Source of the DNA: Parcubacteria group bacterium
Lineage (GTDB): Bacteria; Patescibacteriota; Minisyncoccia; Phycocordibacterales; Phycocordibacteraceae
Reading direction: 5' to 3'
Assembly: GCA_028286605.1 (NCBI GenBank)
Contig: JAQBRE010000002.1
Location: 326,011 to 390,010 of the forward strand
Length of the DNA stretch: 64,000 bases
This document shows positions 54,291 through 61,932 of the stretch, one piece after another. The notes beneath the pieces were generated by a model. That model was not told where the DNA came from and did no database searches. It saw only the letters and a list, made by a program, of their open reading frames with translations. The position numbers were made by a program, and so were the translations under genes. Position 1 is the first letter of the stretch. Each line of letters opens with the position of its first letter.

Positions 54291-55427
54291 TTACGCGACG
54301 ATCTTGAGGCGTTCGATGAGGGAATCCAGCGGGATGAAGGTTTCCGTGTGATTCGCGCGCTCACGAAGGATAACAGAGCGCTCCAGAGCCTCCTTACGGC
54401 CCATGATAAGCACGTACTGTGGGTTTATGGTGTCTACCAAGCGCATCTGCTCCGTAAGGGACTGTACGCCGATAGACTGAACCATCGGGATGCGTGCACG
54501 GCGGAGGTCATCGGTCATACGCATGCTTTCGCGCTTCGCTTCATCGCCGATGTGCACGAAGACGAATCGTGGCGTGCCGCGTTCCTTCGTTGCAGGAATG
54601 GTATCGCGTGAATCTACATTAATACGGATAACAGCGCCGATAGACGGCATGCTGCTCTTAAAGAAGAGCTTCGCCATATCGTTATAGCGAGAACCCCAGG
54701 CGGCGAGTTTCTCTTCCTGATGCACTTCGAAACAGGTTTCGGTCCACGAGGTGCCGCGCGAAAGAAGCTGTGGCGCAAGTTCGTACGGAGTGTCGGTCGA
54801 TTCAAGGTATTCAAGGACCGTTTCGAAATGCTTGCGGCTTACTTCGGAAAGATGATCGGTCGGGCTCGGCATGATGGCGCCATCCTCAGTAACAGCGAGG
54901 AGTTCCGCGGCTTCGAAGATGTCGCGCTTCGCGCAATTCACGCAGTTCTCGGGAAGCGCATTGCCGTGCTTGCGGAAGAACGTGTTCAGTTCGCGTGCGA
55001 ATCGGCCCCGTGTCTCTTTATCACCCATGCTGTTAATGCGAATAGTGAGCGGCCCTTTGCCAAGGTCCTGCATGAGCGCACGGACGGCACGGATAAGCAC
55101 GGCATCAGCGATCGCATGCTCTACGCCGAGCGCATGAAATTGAATGACGATCTGTTTCGGCGACGGACGGCCTGCGGCCGCATTCGTGTGCCAAAGAAAC
55201 AGCGGCTGCGCTGCGGAAGGCGTGAGTCCTGCGTCGCGGACATGCTTAAGGAATCCTGCTACTTCGCGCGCGTTCGGGTCGAGCGTATCGAGGGGGAGAT
55301 TTTCTGGATAGGGAACTTTCGAGGTGCTTTTCTTTCCTGCAGCGGCAGATGCGAGCGACGTGAATCCGTAATACGTGCCGATAGCACTCGTTCGCTTCAA
55401 TATGTCGTCTGGACGGAGAGTACTCAT
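54291..55427 (-). CDS. Histidyl-tRNA synthetase-like class II protein (HisS/HisZ family) with degenerate motif 2
   Basis: C-terminal HGTP anticodon-binding-like domain (PRFVFVHIGDEA...YVLIMGRKEALERSVILRE), GSRYNDMA (~GGRYD), QFHALGVE (~REFhQ.G.E). The FRYE-type motif is replaced by LWHT. Start MSTLRPDD overlaps the lepB stop (ATGA). Confidence 0.55.
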   Translation of the reverse strand: MSTLRPDDILKRTSAIGTYYGFTSLASAAAGKKSTSKVPYPENLPLDTLDPNAREVAGFLKHVRDAGLTPSAAQPLFLWHTNAAAGRPSPKQIVIQFHALGVEHAIADAVLIRAVRALMQDLGKGPLTIRINSMGDKETRGRFARELNTFFRKHGNALPENCVNCAKRDIFEAAELLAVTEDGAIMPSPTDHLSEVSRKHFETVLEYLESTDTPYELAPQLLSRGTSWTETCFEVHQEEKLAAWGSRYNDMAKLFFKSSMPSIGAVIRINVDSRDTIPATKERGTPRFVFVHIGDEAKRESMRMTDDLRRARIPMVQSIGVQSLTEQMRLVDTINPQYVLIMGRKEALERSVILRERANHTETFIPLDSLIERLKIVA

Positions 55428-55996
55428 TGCTGTGGCTGGTGTGAAATTCCTGGTAAGAGGCCGATCGAACTCAGTGGGAACAGGCGTACGTCTACACGAC
55501 CGATGATATTCTCGCGCGGCAGCGTGCCCCATGAGCGAGAATCGGAGCTAACGGGGCGATTATCCCCCATAACGAAGTACTGACCTGCGCCAAGCGTCGT
55601 GTCATTCGTGTAGGTAGCGTCTTCAGCGACCACATACGGTTCAGAAAGTTTCAGCGTAGCGCCTGCGGGGGTGATTATTGAAACAACACCTTCATTTATG
55701 CGAACTGTTTCGCCTGGCAAGCCAACAATGCGTTTGATCAGGAACTTATTCGGGTCACCGGGGAGACGGAATACGATAACTTCGCCGCGCTTCGGCGCTT
55801 CGAAGTGATAAATGAGTTCGTCAACGACGAGGTAGTCAGTATTCTCGAACGTGGGGTGCATCGATTCGCCTTCAACGACGAATGGCTGTGCAACGAATAA
55901 ACGGATGGGGACGACAATGATGACAGCAAGAATCAGGAACGTAAGAGTTTCCCTGAGCGCGCCACCGAGGAACTTCATGCACGCATTGTATTCCAC
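55424..55996 (-). CDS. lepB: Signal peptidase I
   Basis: Catalytic-Ser region (VVEGESMHPTF), FIKRIVGLPGE, GDNRPVSSDSR. 190 aa. Confidence 0.85.
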   Translation of the reverse strand: MEYNACMKFLGGALRETLTFLILAVIIVVPIRLFVAQPFVVEGESMHPTFENTDYLVVDELIYHFEAPKRGEVIVFRLPGDPNKFLIKRIVGLPGETVRINEGVVSIITPAGATLKLSEPYVVAEDATYTNDTTLGAGQYFVMGDNRPVSSDSRSWGTLPRENIIGRVDVRLFPLSSIGLLPGISHQPQQ

Positions 55997-56230
55997 TTTA
56001 TTCGCTCGTCAAATGTTCTGTATTCGTTTCATTATTTACGCACGCTACTTGCTGAAAGAGAATCTATTTTCTTATCAAGAATATCTATTTTCATTGATTG
56101 TTTCTGCGCATCTTCTCAGTATTTCGTGAGTAAAGAAAAATATGCACCGACTTGAGCTGCGTTTACGAATAACTCTTCAGTTTTTCTTTATCTCGGCTAC
56201 AGGCCCTTATGAATGCTATGATTCGGTGCA

Positions 56231-56830
56231 ATGGGATATGTACTGATAGGTCTTGGAAACCCCGGGGGTGAATATGCGAAAACACGCCATAATGCAGGCC
56301 GTATGGCCGTTGAGCTTCTCGCAAAGGAAGAGGGATTCCCTGAATTCACGTTGAAAAAGACCGCAAATGCGATGGTGAGCGAAGGAACGATCGGCGGCGA
56401 GAAAGTAACGCTCGTGCTGCCGGATGTCTCGATGAACCTTTCAGGAAAGGTCGCGCCATCATTCGTGAAGTCAAAGCCTGCTGCGAAGAAAATGATCGTC
56501 ATTCGCGATGAATTGGATCTACCGCTCGGCGTGATAAAGATGACCGTGCCAGGACGTGGCTCAGGCGGCCACAAAGGCGTTGAGAGCATCATGCGCGCGC
56601 TCAAGACTAAAGACTTCGTACAGATAAAGATCGGCATCTCTGCAGAGACAGCGAAAGGGAAGCTGAAGAAGCCAGCAGCAGGAGAAAAAGTAATCAAGCA
56701 CGTGATTGGAAAATTCAAGCCTGCAGAAGAAGCTACGCTCAAGGATACGCTTGCGCGTACGACTCAAGCAGCACGGCTTTTCATTACTGACGGCATCGAA
56801 GCGGCCGCAATGAAAGCGAACACGCGCTAA
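56231..56830 (+). CDS. pth: Peptidyl-tRNA hydrolase
   Basis: YVLIGLGNPGGEYAKTRHNAGRMAV N-terminal signature. 199 aa. Confidence 0.9.
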   Translation: MGYVLIGLGNPGGEYAKTRHNAGRMAVELLAKEEGFPEFTLKKTANAMVSEGTIGGEKVTLVLPDVSMNLSGKVAPSFVKSKPAAKKMIVIRDELDLPLGVIKMTVPGRGSGGHKGVESIMRALKTKDFVQIKIGISAETAKGKLKKPAAGEKVIKHVIGKFKPAEEATLKDTLARTTQAARLFITDGIEAAAMKANTR

Positions 56831-56861
56831 GTTTTGAGATAGTGCGGCACCTGATTTAGGC

Positions 56862-56901
56862 GAAACAAATAATGACCAGAATTCTGGTCATTATTTGTTT
56901 C
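56862..56901. promoter_or_regulatory. 40 bp perfect palindrome GAAACAAATAATGACCAGA-AT-TCTGGTCATTATTTGTTTC. Second copy of the candidate operator, upstream of the small membrane-protein gene 57008..57313.
   Basis: Shares 28/30 positions with 13846..13875. Lies about 55 bp upstream of a TTGACA-N17-CAGTAT putative promoter. Confidence 0.5.
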
Positions 56902-57007
56902 CTCGCATTTAGATGTTCTCTGTCTGGAACGATGTTGGAACCTTGTTTGACAAACACACTATTGTGTAACAGTATCTTTCCAGACCAAACAGGATCGGAG
57001 ACCCCCT

Positions 57008-57313
57008 ATGAAGATCGCTGCTTTTCTTGATCGTTGGAGCTATGTGGTAATCGGCGTCAGCCTGCTGACCGGACTCTTCATGCACTTCATCCTCTTCACT
57101 ATGTTGGACGGGGTCAGTTGGTATGTCGACGGGTTCTACTACTGCTCCACCAACTACTGCGAGCAGAACAAGTACTACTGGATGAACCTCGTCGAAGGAT
57201 CATTCTTTGTCATGCCATTCGTCATCGCCGCGTTCTTCATCTTCTACAAGCTGATCCGGCTAATTGATTCAGAAACACGTCGTATCAAGCAAAGCCTGTC
57301 CGTCACAAATTGA
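57008..57313 (+). CDS. Hypothetical small 3-TM membrane protein with a CSTNYC motif (101 aa)
   Basis: Hydrophobic helices and a Cys pair in the first loop. Candidate member of the same regulon as groESL through the shared palindrome. Confidence 0.4.
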   Translation: MKIAAFLDRWSYVVIGVSLLTGLFMHFILFTMLDGVSWYVDGFYYCSTNYCEQNKYYWMNLVEGSFFVMPFVIAAFFIFYKLIRLIDSETRRIKQSLSVTN

Positions 57314-57510
57314 CCAACCGTTTCTTCGGCGGAACGAAACCTAAACCCCTTCGTTTCGTGCGGAGGGGCGGTTTTCTTTTCTATAAATTGAGTACTGGGA
57401 TACTGGGATGATGTTGGAACTTTTCTGAAGTGGCGCAGACTAGGGATCGAACTAAAAGACAAAAGGCCGGAGCGAAGCTCCGGCCTTTTGTCTTTTGCAC
57501 CGTGCGTGCG

Positions 57511-58641
57511 TTACTTCTTCGCCTTCGGCGCGCCTGCGTAGGCAAGCGTCATGCGCTGATCCTTAGGCTCGAAGAGCGTGATCGTGAACGGATACGTCTT
57601 TCCAAGCTCGAGCGCGTCGCGAAGCGTCGCAGGGGATTCGAACTCGCTGATGTGCACCAATCCGGCAACACCTTCCTCGATAGAAGCGAGCGCGCCATGC
57701 TTGTTGTACTTGATAACGACGCCGTGCACCTCCATACCCTTCTTGTATCGGTCTGCAGCGGTCTTCCAAGGATTCTCCTTGAGCGCCTTGATCGAAAGGG
57801 AAACCTTTCCATCCTTGATCTCAATAACCTTCACGCGGACCTTGTCGCCGACCTTGAAGAGAGTGCGAGGATCCTCAACGAGACCCCAATCGAGCTCGCT
57901 GATGTGCACGAGTCCTTCAAGACCATGCTCGAGCTTAACGAAGACTCCGAAATCAACCGCGCCAGTCACTTCACCTTCAACAGTGTCGCCAACCTGGTAC
58001 TTGTCGATGAGAGAGCCCTTTTCGGTCTCCTCGTCGCCGGTGCGCTCGCTGAAGATAAGCTTTCCTTCCTTAGGATCAGCCGTGATGATGCGAACCTGGA
58101 GCGTCTGGCCCGTAAGCTTCTGCAATTCGCCGAAGATCTTGTCCTTATCGCCTTCCGGTACGCGAGGGTAGTGATCCTTCGAAAGCTGGGAAGCAGGGAG
58201 GAAGCCCTGGATACCCTGCCATGAAAGGATGAGTCCGCCCTTGTTAGCCTCATCAACCGTAACGGTGAAGACGCTCTGTGCAGCGATAGCCTGTTCAGCC
58301 TCGCCCCAGATAGCAGCCTGACGAGCCTCCTTAAGGGAAAGCTCGATATAACCATCAAGACCTGCGGGGTCTACGACCTTCGCGGTGATAGAGTCGCCCG
58401 GGTTCGTCTTACGAAGAACGTCTGCGGCGTTAAGATATTCGCGTCCGTAGATGATGCCGGCACCGAATGGGGGCAAGTCAACATAGAGGCGGCCGCGTAC
58501 CAATTCGATGATGGTACCTTCGACCAAATCACCCATCTTAGGCGGGGTGGCGATGTCATCGATCTTCGAGGCCATTGGATGGCTCGGATCGAGAGTGAAC
58601 GTAGGGACAACCACAGGGGCTGCCTTTACTTCTTCGGGCAT
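57511..58641 (-). CDS. rpsA: 30S ribosomal protein S1 (4 S1 domains)
   Basis: Four repeats of the OB-fold S1 pattern (GDLVEGTII; GDTVEGEVTG; GDKVRVKVIE; G.EVHGVVIK). 376 aa. Confidence 0.85.
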   Translation of the reverse strand: MPEEVKAAPVVVPTFTLDPSHPMASKIDDIATPPKMGDLVEGTIIELVRGRLYVDLPPFGAGIIYGREYLNAADVLRKTNPGDSITAKVVDPAGLDGYIELSLKEARQAAIWGEAEQAIAAQSVFTVTVDEANKGGLILSWQGIQGFLPASQLSKDHYPRVPEGDKDKIFGELQKLTGQTLQVRIITADPKEGKLIFSERTGDEETEKGSLIDKYQVGDTVEGEVTGAVDFGVFVKLEHGLEGLVHISELDWGLVEDPRTLFKVGDKVRVKVIEIKDGKVSLSIKALKENPWKTAADRYKKGMEVHGVVIKYNKHGALASIEEGVAGLVHISEFESPATLRDALELGKTYPFTITLFEPKDQRMTLAYAGAPKAKK

Positions 58642-58768
58642 ATTAGATAAATACAGGCTGCTTTTTGCGATAGGTACTGAACGCTTGCGCCTTCAGGGAT
58701 AGCCTATTCGCGTTCTTTTGCGGCCCGTGGAACTCAGGCAATATAACAGGAATAGGTATAAAAAGAAA

Positions 58769-58791
58769 GGCCCGAACACGAGGTTCGGGCC
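58769..58791 (-). terminator. Terminator after gene 58818..59822 (minus strand)
   Basis: ggcccgaac-acgag-gttcgggcc, then tttcttttt on the minus strand. Confidence 0.6.
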
Positions 58792-58817
58792 AGTTTGTTT
58801 TGTGGACGGAGCAGAGC

Positions 58818-59822
58818 CTACTTCTTTTTCTTCGAAGTGACTTGCTTGCCGCCGCTGGATGCGCCGCGCATGCCAAGGCGTTCTTGGCGATTCCGTTCCG
58901 CACGTTCGGCGAGTTTCGCCTTACGTTCGGCCGGAGCTCCTTTGCTGCTGGTCACGCTGGTGAAGCGCATTTCCGTCAGGCACAGCTGCGCCAGATCGCC
59001 GCAGTAGTTATCGCGGAAGTACTCGTACTCGAGTCCAGCCTTACCCAGAGCGTCCAGAACGTGCTTGCGCACGCCCTTGGTCAGCTTGCCGGCCTGCGCC
59101 TCCTGTTCCAGCAGATCGAAAACCTGCTGGAAGATCGGCGTGGACCGGATGCTCTTGATCGCGAGGATCGCAGCGAGCTGGTGATAGCCGGCATCCGCAC
59201 GCTTCACGCCTTGATCGGTCGACCTTTCAGCCGAGTTGATCACCGCGAGCGCGTGCTCGATGCGCAAGTTTCCTTGCGTAAGCAGAGGAAGCTCCACCAA
59301 CTTGAACTCGTCGCCGACACGCTCCACCCGACGGACGAAACCGTCTTCAGTGAAAATGTCAGCAAAATCGTTGACGTCGAAAGAGATCAGGATCTCCTGC
59401 GACGTTTGCTGGACGATGCTGCCGTTGGTGTCGACGCCGGCCCACAGGCGTTCTTTGGGCGTGATGCCCGCAGCGTAGCCGATGGTGACCTGCAGGAGCA
59501 TGGTCTTGTCGACGGTATGCGGACGAACGAGCAACGGGATGCCGTTGTCACGACCTTCCCACTCAATGGTGGCACGGCGCACGAAACCGACCTTGCGATC
59601 GTCAATTTCGTACACGCAGCCCCTGATGCCATCCCGGCGACGCGTAAAGCGCGAACCAGTGAAGAGCAGAACGGAGCCCATGGCGTGATTGAGTTCGAGT
59701 TCGAAGCCCGTCGTGAGCTTGCCTTCGAACGAAAGCTTGAAGCAATTCGATCGAAGGTTCGCATCCTCCTGTAAAAGGGCAGTCGGAGAAAACGAGGTGC
59801 GGCGAGTCAGTTGGTGAAGCAT
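58818..59822 (-). CDS. Hypothetical protein (334 aa) with a Lys/Arg-rich C-terminal tail. Possibly NA37/YejK-like nucleoid-associated protein; family assignment tentative.
   Basis: Coding on the minus strand is supported by its composition, terminator and neighbours; the antisense 324 aa ORF is rejected. Length matches the ~335 aa NdpA family. The tail is ERKAKLAERAERNRQERL...KKKK. No motif-level proof. Confidence 0.45.
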   Translation of the reverse strand: MLHQLTRRTSFSPTALLQEDANLRSNCFKLSFEGKLTTGFELELNHAMGSVLLFTGSRFTRRRDGIRGCVYEIDDRKVGFVRRATIEWEGRDNGIPLLVRPHTVDKTMLLQVTIGYAAGITPKERLWAGVDTNGSIVQQTSQEILISFDVNDFADIFTEDGFVRRVERVGDEFKLVELPLLTQGNLRIEHALAVINSAERSTDQGVKRADAGYHQLAAILAIKSIRSTPIFQQVFDLLEQEAQAGKLTKGVRKHVLDALGKAGLEYEYFRDNYCGDLAQLCLTEMRFTSVTSSKGAPAERKAKLAERAERNRQERLGMRGASSGGKQVTSKKKK

Positions 59823-59942
59823 AACTGCTCCTTTTCAAGGAATAGAGACGTGCGAAATGCTCGCCTTTCAGTTCCATACTAAATATAACACACAATAATA
59901 AAATATGTCAATACTTTAAAATAGTATCCATATAAATGAAAA

Positions 59943-59970
59943 CCCCCGCTCGCGTGATGCGAAACGGGGG
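59943..59970 (-). terminator. Hairpin terminator after the 47 aa ORF (minus strand)
   Basis: cccccg-N16-cggggg, with ttttcattt following on the minus strand. Confidence 0.45.
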
Positions 59971-60011
59971 CGCTTTCATAAGTCCGAAGACCTAAGAAAG
60001 ATTGTTGGCGG

Positions 60012-60155
60012 TTAGCCGCGGCCGAGGGCGTCGTTGCTCAGGCTGCCGGCGCCGGCGATGTTCTGGTTGTTGGCGATGTTGCAGTCCATATCGTTCCCAA
60101 GAGCCCTGTTGAGGCAGCGGGCACCGATCTGTTCGGTCATGGTGGCGATCTTCAT
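60012..60155 (-). CDS. Small protein (47 aa) MKIATMTEQIGARCLNRALGNDMDCNIANNQNIAGAGSLSNDALGRG
   Basis: Strong SD AGGAAGG 8 nt upstream of the ATG. Own extended -10 promoter and own terminator. No recognised family. Confidence 0.45.
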   Translation of the reverse strand: MKIATMTEQIGARCLNRALGNDMDCNIANNQNIAGAGSLSNDALGRG

Positions 60156-60209
60156 CAGAAAATCCTTCCTGGTTGGAACGTGCCCTCCTGTGTGGTAAGG
60201 CTCATATAA

Positions 60210-60236
60210 ACTATACCACGTAAGAATATTTGTCAA
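60210..60236 (-). promoter_or_regulatory. Promoter for the 47 aa ORF: TTGACA-N15-tgGTATAGT (extended -10) on the minus strand
   Basis: Reverse complement of 60210..60236 reads TTGACAaatattcttacgtggTATAGT. Confidence 0.4.
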
Positions 60237-60266
60237 TAGCAGTAAAATGTGGCCTCATATATAGGA

Positions 60267-60290
60267 AAACGCCCGTCAAAAAGACGGGCG
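60267..60290 (-). terminator. Terminator after the 56 aa ORF (minus strand)
   Basis: acgcccgtc-ttttt-gacgggcgt, followed by ttttcc on the minus strand. Confidence 0.55.
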
Positions 60291-60414
60291 TTGGAAGACC
60301 AGTAAACAAGAGGGGTGGGAGGAGGCGCGCTGAGGGGCGGTGCACCTCCTCCCCGGCTCGTCAGCTATCTACGTCCCTCGGGGGAAGGGGTGAGACTGCC
60401 AACGTGCCGTTCTC

Positions 60415-60585
60415 TTAAGCGCTATTGCGCGTGGTCATGTGGGTTCGACCCACAGTATCGGGATAGCTTCCGCGCGTACCGCGCAAATCCCTTGGGGTGT
60501 GGGCAGGGCTCTGCACACGCGTTTGCGACTGAATAGTGCGAGCGCGCTGGTGATGCTCTTCTGCCACCTTTTGATTATATGCCAT
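60415..60585 (-). CDS. Small basic protein (56 aa) MAYNQKVAEEHHQRARTIQSQTRVQSPAHTPRDLRGTRGSYPDTVGRTHMTTRNSA. Below the ORF-track size cutoff.
   Basis: Consensus SD AAGGAG 8 nt upstream of the ATG at 60585. A TTGACC-N16-TACTCT putative promoter. A 125 nt structured 3' UTR ends in a terminator. Confidence 0.4.
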   Translation of the reverse strand: MAYNQKVAEEHHQRARTIQSQTRVQSPAHTPRDLRGTRGSYPDTVGRTHMTTRNSA

Positions 60586-60879
60586 GTAAGGAACTCCTTA
60601 GAAACAAAACAACTGCCGCGAGGCAGTTCTCATTCAGAGTAACATATTTTGCGTTAGGGTCAAATGAAGAACGCCTCACTGAAAGTGAGGCGTGTGATGT
60701 GGAGGCGGGCGGGCTCAGTAAGATTTGGGATCGTTTACCTTCACCTACCCGCCTCCACGGAGACGAAATAACGGGTCTGTCCTCCTTTCAGTTAGAATGG
60801 AGTAACAGCGCTACAATACCACTATTTTTTGATTCGGGAAGAGCGCGTATACACCGTTCATGCTATAATCAAGGTACTT

Positions 60880-61521
60880 ATGGTTATCACCCACCACGGC
60901 GGCCAGTGCTTCAAGGTGACCTTCGGAGACTTCACGCTCGTCTTCGACCCTATCGCGAAAGGCTCATCGCTTCCGGGCGTACGTTTCGGTGCTGATATCG
61001 CGCTTGTCTCACGAAACCATGTAGACATGAATGGCATTGCGGAAGTTACCTACGGAGAAAAGGAACCCTTCGCTATCACGGGCCCCGGCGAATATGAAAA
61101 GGAAGGCATTACGATCCAGGGGTTCCTGACGAAGAGCGATTATGCGCTTGGAAAGGGTCAGGCTGAAGCTATTAATACGGTATATGCCGTGAAGCTCGAA
61201 GGAATGACGCTCGTGCACCTAGGTGCACTGGTGGATAAGACGCTTTCGCTCGAAGCACGTGAAGCTATCGATGAGATAGACGTGCTCTTCGTGCCGGTTG
61301 GCGGCGATGGCGTGCTTGATGCCGCTGAAGCGGCGAAAATCGCCACGTTCCTTGAGCCGAAGATCATTATTCCGATGCATTGGAGCGGCATGGGCGAAGC
61401 GGGTTCGCTTGAGACCTTTATAAAGGCAGCAGGCGGCGAATCTGAGAAGATGGACAAGCTTACGCTCAAGAAGAAAGATGTCGCTGAAAAAGACGGTGCT
61501 ATCATGGTGATAACTCCATAA
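60880..61521 (+). CDS. MBL-fold metal-dependent hydrolase (COG2220-like)
   Basis: MVITHHGGQCFKV N-terminus, and motifs HxHxDH-like (SRNHVDMNG) and VLFVPVGGDG...IIIPMHW. A TATAAT box lies 11 nt upstream, suggesting a near-leaderless mRNA. Confidence 0.65.
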   Translation: MVITHHGGQCFKVTFGDFTLVFDPIAKGSSLPGVRFGADIALVSRNHVDMNGIAEVTYGEKEPFAITGPGEYEKEGITIQGFLTKSDYALGKGQAEAINTVYAVKLEGMTLVHLGALVDKTLSLEAREAIDEIDVLFVPVGGDGVLDAAEAAKIATFLEPKIIIPMHWSGMGEAGSLETFIKAAGGESEKMDKLTLKKKDVAEKDGAIMVITP

Positions 61522-61526
61522 CCTCT

Positions 61527-61913
61527 ATGGCACTTTCACATCACATTGAGAACCTGCGCGCGAAGCCGCATCATGTGCGCGAGCGCATCGCGTTCGGTAC
61601 GGCAGCGGGCATAACAGTATTGGTCGGTTTGGTCTGGGTCGGGACGCTTGCCGCTACCGGAGCGCTTTCGCTTAAGTCTGATAACACGGTTGTGACTGAC
61701 GGTACGAATGGCTCGGGTGATGCGCAGAGCGCTATCGCGCAGACGCAGACGAACTTCTCGCAGCTGATGGGCGCCGTAGGCGCCGCAACGGGCGTTTCAA
61801 CTACCAGCGCGCCTGCGCTCCGCATCGTTGACGATGGTACGAACTCGACGCTCGATTCGAAGAGTGCTGCCGTCGCGACGAATAATTCGAATGCCTCCGT
61901 CATTCCTTTTTAA
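61527..61913 (+). CDS. Hypothetical membrane-anchored protein (128 aa)
   Basis: Single TM (AGITVLVGLVWVGTLAATGA), then a Thr/Ser/Ala-rich region. Confidence 0.35.
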   Translation: MALSHHIENLRAKPHHVRERIAFGTAAGITVLVGLVWVGTLAATGALSLKSDNTVVTDGTNGSGDAQSAIAQTQTNFSQLMGAVGAATGVSTTSAPALRIVDDGTNSTLDSKSAAVATNNSNASVIPF

Positions 61914-61932
61914 TACTGTTTAGATATTTTTC

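Noticed and set aside
54720-55583. 287 aa plus-strand ORF antisense to hisS-like/lepB
   Set aside because: Antisense to two genes that have clear motifs. The translation is Arg-rich and low-complexity.
56920-57420. Direct repeat gatgttggaac flanking ORF 57008..57313 (about 56930 and about 57407)
   Set aside because: An 11-mer can recur by chance in 64 kb, and there are no other transposon hallmarks. It is noted inside the findings but not called a mobile element.
58800-59774. 324 aa plus-strand ORF antisense to the 58818..59822 gene
   Set aside because: Its composition (L/R/A/D-rich) looks like antisense. The minus-strand ORF has a balanced composition, a terminator directly after its stop and the same orientation as its neighbours.
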